DNA from: Eledone cirrhosa
Taxonomy: Eukaryota
Direction of reading: 5' to 3'
NCBI GenBank assembly: GCA_964016885.1
Contig: OZ024740.1
Coordinates: 5,890,001-5,954,000, forward strand
Length of the DNA: 64,000 bases
In this document: piece by piece, positions 23,701 through 37,929 of the stretch
Layout: each line of letters begins with the position of its first letter
Position numbering within the stretch: position 1 is the stretch's first letter
Notes under the pieces: model-generated
Seen by the model: only the letters and a program-made list of their open reading frames with translations
Told to the model about the DNA's origin: nothing
The model's database searches: none
Position numbers and translations under genes: made by a program

Positions 23701-26700
23701 CACATTTACAGTGTGTGCTGGATGTTTTTTGTTGTGACTCCTACACAACCACATTTACAGTGTGTGCTGGATGTTTTTTGTTGTGACTCCTACACAACCA
23801 CATTTACAGTGTGTGCTGGATGCTTTTTGTTGTGACTCCTACACAACCACATTTACAGTGTGTGCTGGATGTTTTTGTTGTGACTCCTACACAACCACAT
23901 TTACAGTGTGTGCTGGATGTTTTTTGTTGTGACTCCTACACAACCACATTTACAGTGTGTGCTGGATGTTTTTTTGTTGTGACTCCTACACAACCACATT
24001 TACAGTGTGTGCTGGGTGCTTTTTGTTGTGACTCCTACACAACCAGATTTACAGTGTGTGCTGGGTGCTTTTTGTTGTGACTCCTACACAACCACATTTA
24101 CAGCGTGTGCTGGATGTTTTTTGTTGCGACTACTACACAACCACATTTACAGTGTGTGCTGGGTGCTTTTTTGTTGTGACTCCTACACAACCACATTTAC
24201 AGTGTGTGCTGGATATTTTTTGTTGCGACTACTACACAACCACATTTACAGTGTGTGCTGGGTGCTTTTTGTTGTGACTCCTACACAACCACATTTACAG
24301 TGTGTGCTGGGTGTTTTTTGTTGTGACTCCTACACAACCACATTTACAGTGTGTGCTGGATGTTTTTTGTTGCGACTCCTACACAACCACATTTACAGTG
24401 TGTGCTGGATGCTTTTTGTTGTGACTACTACACAACCACATTTACAGTGTGTGCTGGATGTTTTTGTTGTGACTCCTACACAACCACATTTACAGTGTGT
24501 GCTGGATGTTTTTTGTTGTGACTCCTACACAACCACATTTACAGTGTGTGCTGGATGTTTTTTGTTGTGACTCCTACACAACCACATTTACAGTGTGTGC
24601 TGGATGGTTTTTGTTGTGACTCCTACACAACCACATTTACAGTGTGTGCTGGATGCTTTTTGTTGTGACTCCTACACAACCACATTTACAGTGTGTGCTG
24701 GATGTTTTTGTTGTGACTCCTACACAACCACATTTACAGTGTGTGCTGGATGTTTTTTGTTGTGACTCCTACACAACCACATTTACAGTGTGTGCTGGAT
24801 GTTTTTTTGTTGTGACTCCTACACAACCACATTTACAGTGTGTGCTGGGTGCTTTTTGTTGTGACTCCTACACAACCACATTTACAGTGTGTGCTGGGTG
24901 CTTTTTGTTGTGACTACTACACAACCACAGTTACAGTGTGTGCTGGGTGCTTTTTGTTGTGACTACTACACAACCACATTTACAGTGTGTGCTGGGTGCT
25001 TTTTGTCGTGACTACTACACAACCACATTTACAGTGTGTGCTGGGTGCTTTTTGTTGTGACTACTACACAACCACATTTACAGTGTGTGCTGGGTGCTTT
25101 TTGTCGTGACTACTACACAACCACATTTACAGTGTGTGCTGGGTGCTTTTTGTTGTGACTACTACACAACCACATTTACAGTGTGTGCTGGGTGCTTTTT
25201 GTTGTGACTACTACACAACCACATTTACAGTGTGTGCTGGATGTTTTTGTTGTGACTCCTACACAACCACATTTACAGTGTGTGCTGGATGTTTTTTGTT
25301 GTGACTCCTACACAACCACATTTACAGTGTGTGCTGGATGTTTTTTGTTGTGACTCCTACACAACCACATTTACAGTGTGTGCTGGATGTTTTTTGTTGT
25401 GACTCCTACACAACCACATTTACAGTGTGTGCTGGATGCTTTTTGTTGTGACTCCTACACAACCACATTTACAGTGTGTGCTGGATGTTTTTGTTGTGAC
25501 TCCTACACAACCACATTTACAGTGTGTGCTGGATGTTTTTTGTTGTGACTCCTACACAACCACATTTACAGTGTGTGCTGGATGTTTTTTTGTTGCGACT
25601 ACTACACAACCACATTTACAGTGTGTGCTGGGTGCTTTTTGTTGTGACTCCTACACAACCACATTTACAGTGTGTGCTGGGTGCTTTTTGTTGTGACTAC
25701 TACACAACCACAGTTACAGTGTGTGCTGGGTGCTTTTTGTTGTGACTCCTACACAACCACATTTACAGTGTGTGCTGGATGTTTTTTGTTGTGACTCCTA
25801 CACAACCACATTTACAGTGTGTGCTGGATATTTTTTGTTGCGACTACTACACAACCACATTTACAGTGTGTGCTGGGTGCTTTTTGTTGTGACTCCTACA
25901 CAACCACATTTACAGTGTGTGCTGGGTGTTTTTTGTTGTGACTCCTACACAACCACATTTACAGTGTGTGCTGGATGTTTTTTGTTGCGACTCCTACACA
26001 ACCACATTTACAGTGTGTGCTGGATGCTTTTTGTTATGACTCCTACACAACCACATTTACAGTGTGTGCTGGATGTTTTTGTTGTGACTCCTACACAACC
26101 ACATTTACGGTGTGTGCTGGATGTTTTTTGTTGTGACTACTACACAACCACATTTACAGTGTGTGCTGGATGTTTTTTGTCGTGACTACTACACAACCAC
26201 ATTTACAGTGTGTGCTGGGTGCTTTTTGTTGTGACTACTACACAACCACATTTACAGTGTGTGCTGGATGCTTTTTGTTGTGACTCCTACACAACCACAT
26301 TTACAGTGTGTGCTGGGTGCTTTTTGTTGTGACTACTACACAACCACATTTACAGTGTGTGCTGGATGTTTTTTGTTGTGACTCCTACACAACCACATTT
26401 ACAGTGTGTGCTGGGTGTTTTTTGTTGTGACTACTACACAATCACATTTACAGTGTGTGCTGGATGTTTTTTGTTGTGACACCTACATAACCACATTTAC
26501 AGTGTGTGCTGGATGTTTTTGTTGTGACTCCTACACAACCATATTTACAGTGTGTGCTGGATGTTTTTTGTTGTGACTCCTACACAACCACATTTACAGT
26601 GTGTGCTGGGTGCTTTTTGTTGTGACTCCTACACAACCACATTTACAGTGTGTGTTGTGTGCTTTTTGTTGTGACACCTACACAACCACATTTACAGTGT

Positions 26701-29700
26701 GTGCTGGGTGCTTTTTGTTGTGATTCCTACACAACCACATTTACAGTGTTTGCTGGGTGCTTTTTGTCGTGACTACTACACAACCACATTTACAGTGTGT
26801 GCTGGGTGCTTTTTGTTGTGACTCCTACACAACCACATTTACAGTGTGTGCTGGATGTTTTTTGTTGCGACTCCTACACAACCACATTTACAGTGTGTGC
26901 TGGATGCTTTTTGTTGTGACTACTACACAACCACATTTACAGTGTGTGCTGGATGTTTTTGTTGTGACTCCTACACAACCACATTTACAGTGTGTGCTGG
27001 ATGTTTTTTGTTGTGACTCCTACACAACCACATTTACAGTGTGTGCTGGATGTTTTTTGTTGTGACTCCTACACAACCACATTTACAGTGTGTGCTGGAT
27101 GTTTTTTGTTGTGACTCCTACACAACCACATTTACAGTGTGTGCTGGATGCTTTTTGTTGTGACTCCTACACAACCACATTTACAGTGTGTGCTGGATGT
27201 TTTTGTTGTGACTCCTACACAACCACATTTACAGTGTGTGCTGGATGTTTTTTGTTGTGACTCCTACACAACCACATTTACAGTGTGTGCTGGATGTTTT
27301 TTTGTTGTGACTCCTACACAACCACATTTACAGTGTGTGCTGGGTGCTTTTTGTTGTGACTCCTACACAACCACATTTACAGTGTGTGCTGGGTGCTTTT
27401 TGTTGTGACTCCTACACAACCACATTTACAGTGTGTGCTGGATGTTTTTTGTTGCGACTACTACACAACCACATTTACAGTGTGTGCTGGGTGCTTTTTG
27501 TTGTGACTCCTACACAACCACATTTACAGTGTGTGCTGGGTGCTTTTTGTTGTGACTCCTACACAACCACATTTACAGTGTGTGCTGGGTGCTTTTTGTT
27601 GTGACTCCTACACAACCACATTTACAGTGTGTGCTGGATGTTTTTTGTTGTGACTCCTACACAACCACATTTACAGTGTGTGCTGGATATTTTTTGTTGC
27701 GACTACTACACAACCACATTTACAGTGTGTGCTGGGTGCTTTTTGTTGTGACTCCTACACAACCACATTTACAGTGTGTGCTGGGTGTTTTTTGTTGTGA
27801 CTCCTACACAACCACATTTACAGTGTGTGCTGGATGTTTTTTGTTGCGACTCCTACACAACCACATTTACAGTGTGTGCTGGATGCTTTTTGTTGTGACT
27901 ACTACACAACCACATTTACAGTGTGTGCTGGATGTTTTTGTTGTGACTCCTACACAACCACATTTACAGTGTGTGCTGGATGTTTTTTGTTGTGACTCCT
28001 ACACAACCACATTTACAGTGTGTGCTGGATGTTTTTTGTTGTGACTCCTACACAACCACATTTACAGTGTGTGCTGGATGTTTTTTGTTGTGACTCCTAC
28101 ACAACCACATTTACAGTGTGTGCTGGATGCTTTTTGTTGTGACTCCTACACAACCACATTTACAGTGTGTGCTGGATGTTTTTGTTGTGACTCCTACACA
28201 ACCACATTTACAGTGTGTGCTGGATGTTTTTTGTTGTGACTCCTACACAACCACATTTACAGTGTGTGCTGGATGTTTTTTTGTTGTGACTCCTACACAA
28301 CCACATTTACAGTGTGTGCTGGGTGCTTTTTGTTGTGACTCCTACACAACCACATTTACAGTGTGTGCTGGGTGCTTTTTGTTGTGACTCCTACACAACC
28401 ACATTTACAGTGTGTGCTGGATGTTTTTTGTTGCGACTACTACACAACCACATTTACAGTGTGTGCTGGGTGCTTTTTGTTGTGACTCCTACACAACCAC
28501 ATTTACAGTGTGTGCTGGGTGCTTTTTGTTGTGACTCCTAAACAACCACATTTACAGTGTGTGCTGGATGTTTTTTGTTGTGACTCCTACACAACCACAT
28601 TTACAGTGTGTGCTGGATATTTTTTGTTGCGACTACTACACAACCACATTTACAGTGTGTGCTGGGTGCTTTTTGTTGTGACTCCTACACAACCACATTT
28701 ACAGTGTGTGCTGGGTGTTTTTTGTTGTGACTCCTACACAACCACATTTACAGTGTGTGCTGGATGTTTTTTGTTGCGACTCCTACACAACCACATTTAC
28801 AGTGTGTGCTGGATGCTTTTTGTTGTGACTACTACACAACCACATTTACAGTGTGTGCTGGATGTTTTTGTTGTGACTCCTACACAACCACATTTACAGT
28901 GTGTGCTGGATGTTTTTTGTTGTGACTCCTACACAACCACATTTACAGTGTGTGCTAGATGTTTTTTGTTGTGACTCCTACACAACCACATTTACAGTGT
29001 GTGCTGGATGTTTTTTGTTGTGACTCCTACACAACCACATTTACAGTGTGTGCTGGATGCTTTTTGTTGTGACTCCTACACAACCACATTTACAGTGTGT
29101 GCTGGATGTTTTTGTTGTGACTCCTACACAACCACATTTACAGTGTGTGCTGGATGTTTTTTGTTGTGACTCCTACACAACCACATTTACAGTGTGTGCT
29201 GGATGTTTTTTTGTTGTGACTCCTACACAACCACATTTACAGTGTGTGCTGGGTGCTTTTTGTTGTGACTCCTACACAACCACATTTACAGTGTGTGCTG
29301 GGTGCTTTTTGTTGTGACTCCTACACAACCACATTTACAGTGTGTGCTGGATGTTTTTTGTTGCGACTACTACACAACCACATTTACAGTGTGTGCTGGG
29401 TGCTTTTTGTTGTGACTCCTACACAACCACATTTACAGTGTGTGCTGGGTGCTTTTTGTTGTGACTCCTACACAACCACATTTACAGTGTGTGCTGGGTG
29501 CTTTTTGTTGTGACTCCTACACAACCACATTTACAGTGTGTGCTGGATGTTTTTTGTTGTGACTCCTACACAACCACATTTACAGTGTGTGCTGGATATT
29601 TTTTGTTGCGACTACTACACAACCACATTTACAGTGTGTGCTGGGTGCTTTTTGTTGTGACTCCTACACAACCACATTTACAGTGTGTGCTGGATGTTTT

Positions 29701-32700
29701 TTGTTGTGACTCCTACACAACCACATTTACAGTGTGTGCTGGATGTTTTTTGTTGTGACTACTACACAACCACATTTACAGTGTGTGCTGGGTGTTTTTT
29801 GTTGTGACTACTACACAACCACATTTACAGTGTGTGCTGGATGCTTTTTGTTGTGACTCCTACACAACCACATTTACAGTGTGTGCTGGATGTTTTTTGT
29901 TGTGACTACTACACAACCACATTTACAGTGTGTGCTGGGTGTTTTTTGTTGTGACTACTACACAACCACATTTACAGTGTGTGCTGGATGTTTTTTGTTG
30001 TGACTCCTACACAATCACATTTACAGTGTGTGCTGGATGTTTTTTGTTGTGACTCCTACACAACCACATTTACAGTGTGTGCTGGATGTTTTTTGTTGTG
30101 ACTCCTACACAACCACATTTACAGTGTGTGCTGGATGTTTTTTGTTGTGACTCCTACACAACCACATTTACAGTGTGTGCTGGGTGCTTTTTGTTGTGAC
30201 TCCTACACAACCACATTTACAATGTGTGCTGGTTGCTTTTTGTTGTGACTCCTACACAACCACATTTACAGTGTGTGCTGGGTGCTTTTTTGTTGTGACT
30301 CCTACACAACCACATTTACAGTGTGTGATGGGTGCTTTTTGTTGTGACCCCTACACAACCACATTTACAGTGTGTGCTGGGTGTTTTTTGTTGTGACTAC
30401 TACACAACCACATTTACAGTGTGTGCTGGGTGCTTTTTGTTGTGACTACTACACAACCACATTTACAGTGTGTGCTGGGTGCTTTTTGTTGTGACTACTA
30501 CACAACCACATTTACAGTGTATGCTGGGTGCTTTTTGTTGTGACTACTACACAACCACATTTACAGTGTGTGCTGGGTGCTTTTTGTCGTGACTACTACA
30601 CAACCACATTTACAGTGTGTGCTGGGTGCTTTTTGTCGGGACTACTACACAACCACATTTACAGTGTGTGCTGGGTGCTTTTTGTTGTGACTACTACACA
30701 ACCACATTTACAGTGTGTGCTGGGTGTTTTTTGTTGTGACTCCTACACAACCACATTTACAGTGTGTGCTGGGTGCTTTTTGTTGTGACTACTACACAAC
30801 CACATTTACAGTGTATGCTGGGTGCTTTTTGTTGTGACTACTACACAACCACATTTACAGTGTGTGCTGGGTGCTTTTTGTCGTGACTACTACACAACCA
30901 CATTTACAGTGTGTGCTGGGTGCTTTTTGTTGTGACTACTACACAACCACATTTACAGTGTGTGCTGGATGCTTTTTGTTGTGACTCCTACACAACCACA
31001 TTTACAGTGTGTGCTGGGTGCTTTTTGTTGTGACTACTACACAACCACATTTACAGTGTGTGCTGGGTGTTTTTTGTTTTGACTACTACACAACCACATT
31101 TACAGTGTGTGCTGGGTGCTTTTTGTCGTGACTACTACACAACCACATTTACAGTGTGTGCTGGGTGCTTTTTGTTGTGACTCCTACACAACCACATTTA
31201 CAGTGTGTGCTGGATGCTTTTTGTTGTGACTCCTACACAACCACATTTACAGTGTGTGCTGGATGTTTTTGTTGTGACTCCTACACAACCACATTTACAG
31301 TGTGTGCTGGATGTTTTTTGTTGTGACTCCTACACAACCACATTTACAGTGTGTGCTGGATGTTTTTTTGTTGTGACTCCTACACAACCACATTTACAGT
31401 GTGTGCTGGGTGCTTTTTGTTGTGACTCCTACACAACCACATTTACAGTGTGTGCTGGGTGCTTTTTGTTGTGACTCCTACACAACCACATTTACAGTGT
31501 GTGCTGGATGTTTTTTGTTGCGACTACTACACAACCACATTTACAGTGTGTGCTGGGTGCTTTTTGTTGTGACTCCTACACAACCACATTTACAGTGTGT
31601 GCTGGGTGCTTTTTGTTGTGACTCCTACATAACCACATTTACAGTGTGTGCTGGGTGCTTTTTGTTGTGACTCCTACACAACCACATTTACAGTGTGTGC
31701 TGGATGTTTTTTGTTGTGACTCCTACACAACCACATTTACAGTGTGTGCTGGATATTTTTTGTTGCGACTACTACACAACCACATTTACAGTGTGTGCTG
31801 GGTGCTTTTTGTTGTGACTCCTACACAACCACATTTACAGTGTGTGCTGGATGTTTTTTGTTGTGACTCCTACACAACCACATTTACAGTGTGTGCTGGA
31901 TGTTTTTTGTTGTGACTACTACACAACCACATTTACAGTGTGTGCTGGGTGTTTTTTGTTGTGACTACTACACAACCACATTTACAGTGTGTGCTGGATG
32001 CTTTTTGTTGTGACTCCTACACAACCACATTTACAGTGTGTGCTGGATGTTTTTTGTTGTGACTACTACACAACCACATTTACAGTGTGTGCTGGGTGTT
32101 TTTTGTTGTGACTACTACACAACCACATTTACAGTGTGTGCTGGATGTTTTTTGTTGTGACTCCTACACAATCACATTTACAGTGTGTGCTGGATGTTTT
32201 TTGTTGTGACTCCTACACAACCACATTTACAGTGTGTGCTGGATGTTTTTTGTTGTGACTCCTACACAACCACATTTACAGTGTGTGCTGGGTGTTTTTT
32301 GTTGTGACTCCTACACAACCACATTTACAGTGTGTGCTGGGTGCTTTTTGTTGTGACTCCTACACAACCACATTTACAATGTGTGCTGGGTGCTTTTTGT
32401 TGTGACTCCTACACAACCACATTTACAGTGTGTGCTGGGTGCTTTTTTGTTGTGACTCCTACACAACCACATTTACAGTGTGTGATGGGTGCTTTTTGTT
32501 GTGACTCCTACACAACCACATTTACAGTGTGTGCTGGGTGTTTTTTGTTGTGACTCCTACACAACCACATTTACAGTGTGTGCTGGATGTTTTTTGTTGT
32601 GACTACTACACAACCACATTTACAGTGTGTGCTGGGTGTTTTTTGTTGTGACTACTACACAACCACATTTACAGTGTGTGCTGGATGCTTTTTGTTGTGA

Positions 32701-34568
32701 CTCCTACACAACCACATTTACAGTGTGTGCTGGATGTTTTTTGTTGTGACTACTACACAACCACATTTACAGTGTGTGCTGGGTGTTTTTTGTTGTGACT
32801 ACTACACAACCACATTTACAGTGTGTGCTGGATGTTTTTTGTTGTGACTCCTACACAATCACATTTACAGTGTGTGCTGGATGTTTTTTGTTGTGACTCC
32901 TACACAACCACATTTACAGTGTGTGCTGGATGTTTTTTGTTGTGACTCCTACACAACCACATTTACAGTGTGTGCTGGGTGTTTTTTGTTGTGACTCCTA
33001 CACAACCACATTTACAGTGTGTGCTGGGTGCTTTTTGTTGTGACTCCTACACAACCACATTTACAATGTGTGCTGGGTGCTTTTTGTTGTGACTCCTACA
33101 CAACCACATTTACAGTGTGTGCTGGGTGCTTTTTTGTTGTGACTCCTACACAACCACATTTACAGTGTGTGATGGGTGCTTTTTGTTGTGACTCCTACAC
33201 AACCACATTTACAGTGTGTGCTGGGTGTTTTTTGTTGTGACTACTACACAACCACATTTACAGTGTGTGCTGGGTGCTTTTTGTTGTGACTACTACACAA
33301 CCACATTTACAGTGTGTGCTGGGTGCTTTTTGTTGTGACTACTACACAACCACATTTACAGTGTATGCTGGGTGCTTTTTGTTGTGACTACTACACAACC
33401 ACATTTACAGTGTGTGCTGGGTGCTTTTTGTCGTGACTACTACACAACCACATTTACAGTGTGTGCTGGGTGCTTTTTGTCGGGACTACTACACAACCAC
33501 ATTTACAGTGTGTGCTGGGTGCTTTTTGTTGTGACTACTACACAACCACATTTACAGTGTGTGCTGGGTGTTTTTGTTGTGACTCCTACACAACCACATT
33601 TACAGTGTGTGCTGGGTGCTTTTTGTTGTGACTACTACACAACCACATTTACAGTGTGTGCTGGGTGCTTTTTGTCGTGACTACTACACAACCACATTTA
33701 CAGTGTGTGCTGGGTGCTTTTTGTCGGGACTACTACACAACCACATTTACAGTGTGTGCTGGGTGCTTTTTGTTGTGACTACTACACAACCACATTTACA
33801 GTGTGTGCTGGGTGTTTTTTGTTGTGACTCCTACACAACCACATTTACAGTGTGTGCTGGGTGCTTTTTGTTGTGACTACTACACAACCACATTTACAGT
33901 GTGTGCTGGATGCTTTTTGTTGTGACTCCTACACAACCACATTTACAGTGTGTGCTGGGTGCTTTTTGTTGTGACTACTACACAACCACATTTACAGTGT
34001 GTGCTGGGTGTTTTTTGTTTTGACTACTACACAACCACATTTACAGTGTGTGCTGGGTGCTTTTTGTCGTGACTACTACACAACCACATTTACAGTGTGT
34101 GCTGGGTGCTTTTTGTTGTGACTCCTACACAACCACATTTACAGTGTGTGGTGGGTGCTTTTTGTTGTGACTACTACACAACCACATTTACAGTGTGTGC
34201 TGGATGTTTTTTGTCGTGACTACTACACAACCACATTTACAGTGTGTGCTGGATTCTTTTTGTTGTGACTCCTACACAACCACATTTACAGTGTGTGCTG
34301 GGTGCTTTTTGTTGTGACTACTACACAACCACATTTACAGTGTGTGCTGGATGCTTTTTGTTGTGACTCCTACACAACCACATTTACAGTGTATGCTGGG
34401 TGCTTTTTGTTGTGACTACTACACAACCACATTTACAGTGTGTGCTGGGTGCTTTTTGTTGTGACTCCTGCACAACCATTTTACAGTGTGTGCTGGGTGC
34501 TTTTTGTTGTGACTCCTACACAACCATTTTAAAGTGTGTGGTAGGTGTTTTTGTCATGACTCCTACAT
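14769..34568. repeat. 49-bp satellite, ~400 units, ~19.8 kb
   Basis: Consensus accacatttacagtgtgtgctgg(g/a)tg(c/t)tttttgttgtgact(c/a)ctacaca; unit length varies mostly 48-50 through the T run. Confidence 0.98.
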
Positions 34569-34579
34569 GACTACCTTAC

Positions 34580-34685
34580 TATGCAAAATAAAATACCCTC
34601 TTCCAAGACAATATATCATATAGCCTGGGAATCAAACCGATGACCTTATGATCACGGGCACAATACTCTAACCACTAAACCATGT
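34580..34685 (-). mobile_element. tRNA-derived head of a second SINE family (5' half of a split element)
   Basis: Minus strand: acatggtttagtggttagagtattg (A box) ... ggtttgattccc (B box) ... ttttattttgcat. The apparent continuation ttgctccagttcactcagc lies at 14623-14605. Confidence 0.6.
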
Positions 34686-35864
34686 AAATTTAATACATAA
34701 TTCAATTCAATATGCCAACTCCCAGTTAACAAGTGCAATTCCTGCTACTTGCAGCTTATATTTAGAACTCTAAAATATCCTCCATATTCTTCATGACCAG
34801 TAATTGATTGCTTCTATTAAACACACCATTTGCTAATCACAATATTAATTCATTGAGAATAATATCCAAAAATGAGACAGGAGCTAGTCCTAATAGAATA
34901 AATAGTAAAACAGCAATTAGTGAAGCTATTAACGTCAATGCTTTTACAGCTTACGAGTGCAAAGAGGGATGTCAGTGATTGAAACTAGTTAATAATAGAG
35001 TGAGAAGAAGTAGAGCAAAGATATGTTTGTGTCATTTGGTTGGTCACTTAGGAATTAATCCTCCTTGTTGACTTAACTAATCCACTTTTATGAGAGTTAT
35101 TTTCGCTATAAAAACACTTGACTAAATCAATTATCTTAGATATAGGCAAAACAACAAGCCACGCTTATTGGAAAGATTTGTTCTGATTGCTAAGTTGATA
35201 AAAATGGTGGACAAGTGGGATAAAAGTTGTATTTTTTTGTTGTTTTTTCATTCAGAATGATATTCAATGAAGATTAGCAAATATTTTTACAATATAATAT
35301 TTCCTAATAATCTTTCTACCATTAACAAATTTGTGGTGGTTTCAACTGGAGTAGTGCATCATCTTTACCAACACTACTACTAACAACAATAACAACATCA
35401 GTATCACAACCACCATCACAAACAACCCCCAATACCATGACCACCACTATCAATAACAACACCAACATCAGCATCATAACCACCATCACCACCATTCTCA
35501 AACCATCATTACCACCACCACCATCATCATCATAATCATCAACACCCCACCACCGCCATCTTTATCATCATTATGTTTCCCTGTTGACATGAATTGGCTG
35601 TCAGTGTTCTACATCTAAATACCTGACGTCTCAAATTTCCTAATAGACAGACATGGATAGCATAGCTAAAAGATGGAGGGAGTATTTCAGTATTAAATAG
35701 ACATTTTCACATTGGCCAAAGCTTTATCAACAATCATCGTCATCAGATCAGACAAATTTCCCAGGCCAAAATAGTGAGCCAGACCCAATACTTCGGCATG
35801 TGCTCCATGGTGATACGTGGACTCCTTTTTGAATTCCATGTGTCTAACACCTGTGAACATGCTT

Positions 35865-36310
35865 CCCATGGACATACATTAAAGCTCCGACATCTGGCAA
35901 CTGACTTGGTAGACACAAGATTATTAACCATCTTTCCAACAACAACCCTGAGCACCTTTTTGAATTCCATGAGTCTAACACCCATGGACATGCTTACAAA
36001 AAGTAAATAGCACAGCTCTCATGACTTTGAGAAACATTTTTTCATGCTCAGAGTTGCTGAAACATGGAACAATCTACCTGCATCAGTTGTTAGCTGTTGG
36101 GACACTGCATCCTTTAAAACTTCCATCATTCCCGAAATTCGCCAACACTACACCTGATATTACTCATCCATACACACATATGCATGTGTATGTCTATGTG
36201 TATATCGTGACTCATACACTATTCACTTTCCTGACATTTGTACATTATTCTATGTACTATACATGAACCTTTGATGAGTTGTAGTGCACCTGAGCAGTGT
36301 ACATAATAAT
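35865..36310 (+). pseudogene. 3' end of a CR1/L2-type LINE (ORF2 C-terminus plus 3'UTR), frameshifted
   Basis: Pieces MDTL/LKLRHLATDLVDT, KIINHLSNNNPEHLFEFHESNTHGHAYK, RKHFF-like plus MLRVAETWNNLPASVVSCWDTASFK match the CR1/L2 terminal 'TRGH..K...R..FF..RV...WN.LP..VV......FK' pattern. Confidence 0.75.
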
Positions 36311-36330
36311 TTTCATTATTATAGTTATTA

Positions 36331-36520
36331 TGGCGGTGGATTGGCAGTATCGGTAGAGGGTCAAACGCCATTCTTTGACACATAGAGTTACGGCCCTTGC
36401 CATTCTGAGTTCAAATCCTGCCGAGGTTAACTTTGCCTTTCATCCTTACGGGGTCGATAAAATAAAGTACCAGTAATGTACTGGGTATTTGCTGGCCTTG
36501 TGCCAAAAGTAGAAACAATT
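36331..36520 (+). mobile_element. Full-length copy of the same tRNA-SINE
   Basis: ggcggtggattggcagtatcggtag...gagttcaaatcctgccgaggttaactttgcctttcatcc...gtagaaacaa, with TSD-like flanks ttattatagttattat / ttattataattattat. Confidence 0.85.
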
Positions 36521-36639
36521 ATTATAATTATTATGAGTGATTTGGTATGAATGTTTTGGATTTTGAGTTGTCATTGGTCTTTCATCAGATGAGTAACGCA
36601 AGTTGTGTAGAACACGACTACAAACGCAGGCATTTGTTC

Positions 36640-36900
36640 GCTAAGAATATTCCACAGAAACCCACAGTTCTTTCTCCTAATAACCATCCTAGCCAAGAAG
36701 AAATATATACGAGCATCAATAAACTTAATTTAGGTAAAGTTGCTGGAAATGATTGATTGTTCAGAGAGATTTTCAGATATGGTGAGGAAAGTCTAGAAGA
36801 AATCATACATGTACTAATTCTGGAAATATGACGTGAGGGTGATGTACCAAAGGATTGGAAAAATGCAATGATCTCTGTATAGAAAACCAGAGGCCAGCAG
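36640..36900 (+). pseudogene. Decayed RTE-type LINE fragment (start of the RT domain)
   Basis: PSQEEIYTSINKLNLGKVAGND*LFREIFRYG...LILEI*REGDVPKDWKNAMI, matching 'P..EE....I..L..GKA.G.D....E.FKYG....IW..G.VP.DWK.A.I'. Confidence 0.75.
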
Positions 36901-37179
36901 GAATAGTTCTTCTTAATGGAACAATAAGAATATGTAAAACATTCCAAAAATTCTGCATGTACACATGTACAGATACAAAAACATATGCACATGCACACAT
37001 ATAACTGAAAACATACACATACAATAACATCGATATTTACACACACATGCATGTATATCTACCTAGTTGATGTCTAAAGTTCAATTAAAGAGTCTTGTAT
37101 CTATGTTAGAAACTCTCTATTGGTAAAGATTTATAAAATTATAAAACCAGGACATACATACATATATACATGCATAAAC

Positions 37180-37735
37180 GGTGGCTGCCAACTCGTTTTC
37201 GAGTACAGCCACTACATTATATCCATGTAGGAGAATCCCTACCAATGCGCTGAACGGGTGTGACTTTTTAGTCCAGCCAGCGACTTGAAAAACTCTGGTA
37301 CAAACACTACACCTGTGACAATTATTGACACATAGTGCTGGGCCCATGGTACCATGTAACGACAAGTGCAGAGAGATCTCCAGATATAAAGCAATGCCTG
37401 TGCCGTGAAGCTTTTATAGTGAGCAAAGGCACTGCACAAAGCCAGTCCCACTCTCTTAACCAAGATGATATTTACCAAAAAGAAGAACAAGTCAACATCA
37501 TTGGATACCATCAGGGTTGCAGGTGTTATATGAGTTTTCCTTCTCCTAGAATTCTGCCTTGACAAAGGCTAAGAGGTCATCTCTCCCGGTGATTTTGGAT
37601 GGCCATTGACTCTTAAGAGCTCCTTTGCCCTTTGACAGGTTTTGTTTTTAGTCCTGCAGGATGTCCAAAGTCACCCTCCTCACCAAGAAACCTTGGTGGG
37701 GTTGCCAGTTTAGTCGCCAACGACCTGACCATGAC
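37180..37735 (-). mobile_element. Probable internally deleted RTE element (5'UTR-like part joined to C-terminal C2H2 finger and 3'UTR)
   Basis: Minus strand encodes HRCSVCTRVF/KSLAGLKSHTRSAHW* (C2H2 finger with a 1-nt frameshift) near 37240-37320. Upstream ctaggagaaggaaaactc resembles RTE 5'UTR motifs (recalled). Both flanks are TA/TG microsatellite. Confidence 0.5.
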
Positions 37736-37893
37736 ACATATATATATATGTATGTATATGTATATTTATGTATTTATATATATATATGTATGTATATATA
37801 TATGTATGTATATATATATGTATGTATATATATATATATGTATATATATATGTATGTATATGTATATGTATATGTATGTATATGTATGTATGT

Positions 37894-37927
<34 letters not shown>

Positions 37928-37929
<2 letters not shown>

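Noticed and set aside
14769-34568. CRISPR-like array or Cys-rich repeat-protein ORFs in the 49-bp region
   Set aside because: Head-to-tail units with no unique spacers and no cas genes, in a eukaryotic context. 49 is not a multiple of 3, so the ORFs cycle through frames.
34620-34685. tRNA gene
   Set aside because: A/B boxes are present but there is no convincing acceptor stem; better explained as a SINE head.
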